A stretch of 62,100 nucleotides of DNA, the filler included. It is 4 parts of 4 records of this genome, joined end to end, with 100 filler letters (N's around TTAATTAATTAA, not from the genome) between each part and the next. Parts side by side here need not be neighbours in the genome. Positions count along the whole stretch, not along the records: positions 41,355 to 62,100 come from SRR20825006_1045; 3 more parts are not named here. One strand, written 5' to 3'. The notes under the pieces were generated by a model that did not search any database, was not told the origin of the DNA, and saw nothing but the letters and a program-made list of their open reading frames with translations. The first letter of the stretch is position 1; each line of letters opens with the position of its first letter. Positions 59,534-62,100 of this stretch are shown here, piece after piece. Both the position numbers and the translations under genes were made by a program.

Positions 59534-59884
59534 ATGATGATAGATTGGGCACAGGTGACCGCATTGCGCGATCAGGTTGGCGCCGATGACATGGACGAGG
59601 TGATCGACCTGTTCATCGAAGAGGTTGAAGCGGTCACAAACCGCCTGCGCACCTCGGCACAGGCGGAGACCCTGGAACATGACCTGCATTTCCTGAAAAG
59701 CTGTGCGCTGAACCTGGGCTTTGCCGACTTTTCCCAACTGTGCCAGAGGGGCGAGGCGATGGCCCGGCAGGGTCATGCCGATCAGGTCGACATCACCCTG
59801 ATGCTGCACAGCTATGAGGTGTCAAAACAGCGATTCCTGTCCGAAAAGGACTGGCGGCTTAGACCAGCTTGTAAAAATCCTTGA
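59534..59884 (+). CDS. Hpt domain phosphotransfer protein
   Basis: MIDW.....LRDQVG, LFIEE, LHFLKSCALNLG Hpt motif; AGGGG SD. Confidence 0.9.
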   Translation: MMIDWAQVTALRDQVGADDMDEVIDLFIEEVEAVTNRLRTSAQAETLEHDLHFLKSCALNLGFADFSQLCQRGEAMARQGHADQVDITLMLHSYEVSKQRFLSEKDWRLRPACKNP

Positions 59885-60671
59885 TCCCCGCCCGCCCCAG
59901 CTCGCGTTCGGCCTTGATCTTCAGCCTGCGCATTCCTTCCAGCCAGGTGTCTGGATCATTGGCGCGCACCTTGACGTATTCGCCGACCACCGGGTGCGAC
60001 AGAATGCGGAACTGTTTGTTGTTGATCCCGTCAACGGTCGCCTGCGCAACATCGTCGGCAGTCATCAAGGACGCATGTCCCGCCGCATCGGCGTCTGACA
60101 GGTCAATCAACGGAGTGGCCACATATTGCGGACACAGCACGGATACGCCGATCCCGTCATTGCCGTGGCTGATCGCCAGCGATTCGGCAAAGCTGACGGC
60201 GGCGTGTTTGGTTGCGGAATAAGCTGCGTCACCGATCTGGTTCAGCAATCCCGCCGCCGAGGCCACGTTGACGAAATAGCCCGACCCGCGTTCGATCATC
60301 TGCGGCAACAGCGCACGTGCCGCATAGACATGCGCCATCACATGCACGTTCCAGTTCAGCATCCATGTTTCATTCGACGCCGACGCCGCATGGCCGGGTT
60401 GCCCACGACCCAGCCCCGCGTTCGACACGAACAAGTCAATCGGGCCCATCGTGGCGGTGACTCCGTCGCACAGCGCCAAGATGTCGCTTTCGGATGTCAC
60501 ATCACAGCGCATCGCCATGCCGCCCACCTGATCCGCCAGCCCCTGCGCTGCGTCCATGTTGAGATCAGCCACGCAGACCCGCGCACCCAAGGCCGCAAAC
60601 TTGCGCACCATCGCGGCACCGATGCCGCTGGCCCCGCCGGTGACGACAACAACCTTGTCCTGATAATCCAT
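59859..60671 (-). CDS. Short-chain dehydrogenase/reductase
   Basis: TGGASGIG, SNAG, ASAAG, YSATK; start at ATG 60671 after GGAGAG. Confidence 0.93.
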   Translation of the reverse strand: MDYQDKVVVVTGGASGIGAAMVRKFAALGARVCVADLNMDAAQGLADQVGGMAMRCDVTSESDILALCDGVTATMGPIDLFVSNAGLGRGQPGHAASASNETWMLNWNVHVMAHVYAARALLPQMIERGSGYFVNVASAAGLLNQIGDAAYSATKHAAVSFAESLAISHGNDGIGVSVLCPQYVATPLIDLSDADAAGHASLMTADDVAQATVDGINNKQFRILSHPVVGEYVKVRANDPDTWLEGMRRLKIKAERELGRAGIKDFYKLV

Positions 60672-60681
60672 GTCTCTCTCC

Positions 60682-61908
60682 CTAGATGACGAATTGCGCG
60701 ACGGTCTCGTTGTTGGTGATGTCCGTATAGGCGAACCCGCCCGCATCCAGCCGTGCGAAAAACCCGGTGAAATTCTCGGGCGCACTGGTTTCGATCCCGA
60801 TCAGGACCGAACCAAAGTTGCGGGCCGATTTCTTCAGATACTCAAACCGCGCGATGTCGTCGTTCGGCCCCAGAAGTGACAGGAAGTCCTTGAGCGCACC
60901 GGGGCGCTGCGGCAGCCGCAGGATAAAGTATTTTTTCACGCCGGAATAGCGCAGCGCGCGTTCCTTGACCTCGGGCAGACGCTCAAAATCAAAGTTCCCG
61001 CCCGAAGCCACGCAAACCACCGTCTTGCCCCGGATCTCGTTCCGCAGATCGCCCAGCGCCTCGATGCTCAGGGCGCCGGCAGGCTCCAGAACAATCCCCT
61101 CGACGTTCAGCATTTCCAGAATGGTGGTGCAAATGCGATCCTCGGACAGATCGATCACGTCGCTGCGGGCAATGCCGCGCAGACGGTCAAAGGTGCGCAC
61201 GCCAATGGTCGCCACGGCCGCGCCATCGACGAAGGTGTTGACCTTTTTCACCTCGGTCGGCTGGCCCGCCTCGACCGCTGCGGCCAAACTTTTGGCGCCG
61301 GAAGGTTCAACGAAGGTATAGTGCGTGTCCGCCCCGAAATAACTGTAAACCCCCGACGACAACCCGCCGCCGCCCACAGGCAGCACAATACGGTCCGGCA
61401 CGCGGCCCAGCTGTTCTTCGATCTCGACGGCGACAGACGCCTGCCCTTCGATCACGTCCTCATCATCGAAAGGCGACAGGAAATGCGCACCCTCTTGCGC
61501 ACAGAATGCCTGTGCCGAAGCCAGCGTATCGTCGAAATAGTCACCGATCAGCCGCACTTCGACAGCGTCCCCACCGAACATGCGCGTTTTCTGCACCTTT
61601 TGCTGAGGCGTCGTCACTGGCATGAAAATCACACCGCGCACGCCAAAGTGCCGGCACATGAACGCCACGCCCTGCGCATGGTTTCCCGCGGAAGCGCAGA
61701 CAAAAACCGACTGGCCAGGAATGACCTTGCGCATGGCATTGAACGCGCCGCGCAATTTGTAGGACCGCACCGGGCTCAGGTCCTCGCGTTTCAGCCAGAT
61801 GTCAGCGTCATAGCGCGCCGAAAGCAGATCGTTGCGCAACAGCGGGGTCGCGGGGAAAACCGCGCGCATTTCGGCGGTGGCGGTCCGGGCATCATCTTTG
61901 AACGTCAT
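60682..61908 (-). CDS. ilvA: Threonine ammonia-lyase (short form)
   Basis: KREDLSPVRSYKLRGA, ASAGNHAQG, PVGGGGL, SGGNFD, PQRPGAL regulatory domain. Confidence 0.96.
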   Translation of the reverse strand: MTFKDDARTATAEMRAVFPATPLLRNDLLSARYDADIWLKREDLSPVRSYKLRGAFNAMRKVIPGQSVFVCASAGNHAQGVAFMCRHFGVRGVIFMPVTTPQQKVQKTRMFGGDAVEVRLIGDYFDDTLASAQAFCAQEGAHFLSPFDDEDVIEGQASVAVEIEEQLGRVPDRIVLPVGGGGLSSGVYSYFGADTHYTFVEPSGAKSLAAAVEAGQPTEVKKVNTFVDGAAVATIGVRTFDRLRGIARSDVIDLSEDRICTTILEMLNVEGIVLEPAGALSIEALGDLRNEIRGKTVVCVASGGNFDFERLPEVKERALRYSGVKKYFILRLPQRPGALKDFLSLLGPNDDIARFEYLKKSARNFGSVLIGIETSAPENFTGFFARLDAGGFAYTDITNNETVAQFVI

Positions 61909-62022
61909 GGCAGTCCTTTCAGGTCATTCCAGCCCTAAGCGCCCTGTGTGCAAGGGTCAATCTTGCCCCGAGGGCCGAAACCTTATATCGCGGCCAGCAA
62001 AACCCTAATGTGGAAAGAACCA

Positions 62023-62100
62023 ATGAGCGCGCCAAAGAAAGTAGTGCTGGCCTATTCCGGCGGCCTCGACACCTCGATCATCCTGAAATGGCTGCAAACC
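62023..62100 (+). CDS. argG: Argininosuccinate synthase (3' truncated at window edge)
   Basis: Manual translation [26 protein letters not shown]. Confidence 0.95.

Overview
This window is not one locus. It is four unrelated contig fragments joined by identical 100-nt artificial linkers (44 N + TTAATTAATTAA + 44 N) at 10124-10223, 32030-32129 and 41255-41354. Segment A (1-10123; alphaproteobacterium, possibly Thalassospira-like, by inference) carries a rhomboid protease, Zn-alcohol dehydrogenase, the napEFDABC periplasmic nitrate reductase operon plus DUF2478, a class I glutamine amidotransferase, ychF and pth. Segment B (10224-32029; Rhodobacteraceae-like) carries gyrB, then a surface-polysaccharide island (GT2, GT4, RgpF/WbsX-type fusion, two sulfotransferase-like paralogs, KpsM/E/T-type exporter) with two RTX proteins embedded, one a kexin-like S8 protease; then trhO, pncA, a STAS-less SulP, an IalB-like protein and pncB. 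Segment C (32130-41254; AT-richer, Flavobacteriaceae-like) carries ahcY, a DUF3332 lipoprotein, a D-threonine aldolase-family enzyme, a TPR-TM-LuxR regulator / TonB-dependent receptor / beta-propeller phytase locus, and rpmA. Segment D (41355-62100; high-GC Rhodobacteraceae-like) carries a general stress response cluster (Crp/Fnr, pseudo-receiver, phyR, nepR, ecfG, HisKA_2 kinase, phospholipase D, small membrane protein) with four EcfG-type promoters, phoD with a Pho box, two ABC exporter half-transporters preceded by a candidate 8-aa leader peptide, cca, two Nudix genes, hslO, a REC-PP2C/Hpt pair, an SDR, ilvA and the start of argG. No rRNA, tRNA, CRISPR array or transposase was seen. Best leads, all hypotheses: the leader-peptide structure before the ABC exporter, the capsule plus RTX protease island, the phased repeat arrays of the phytase locus, the pncA-SulP coupling, and the degenerate signalling proteins of the stress cluster.
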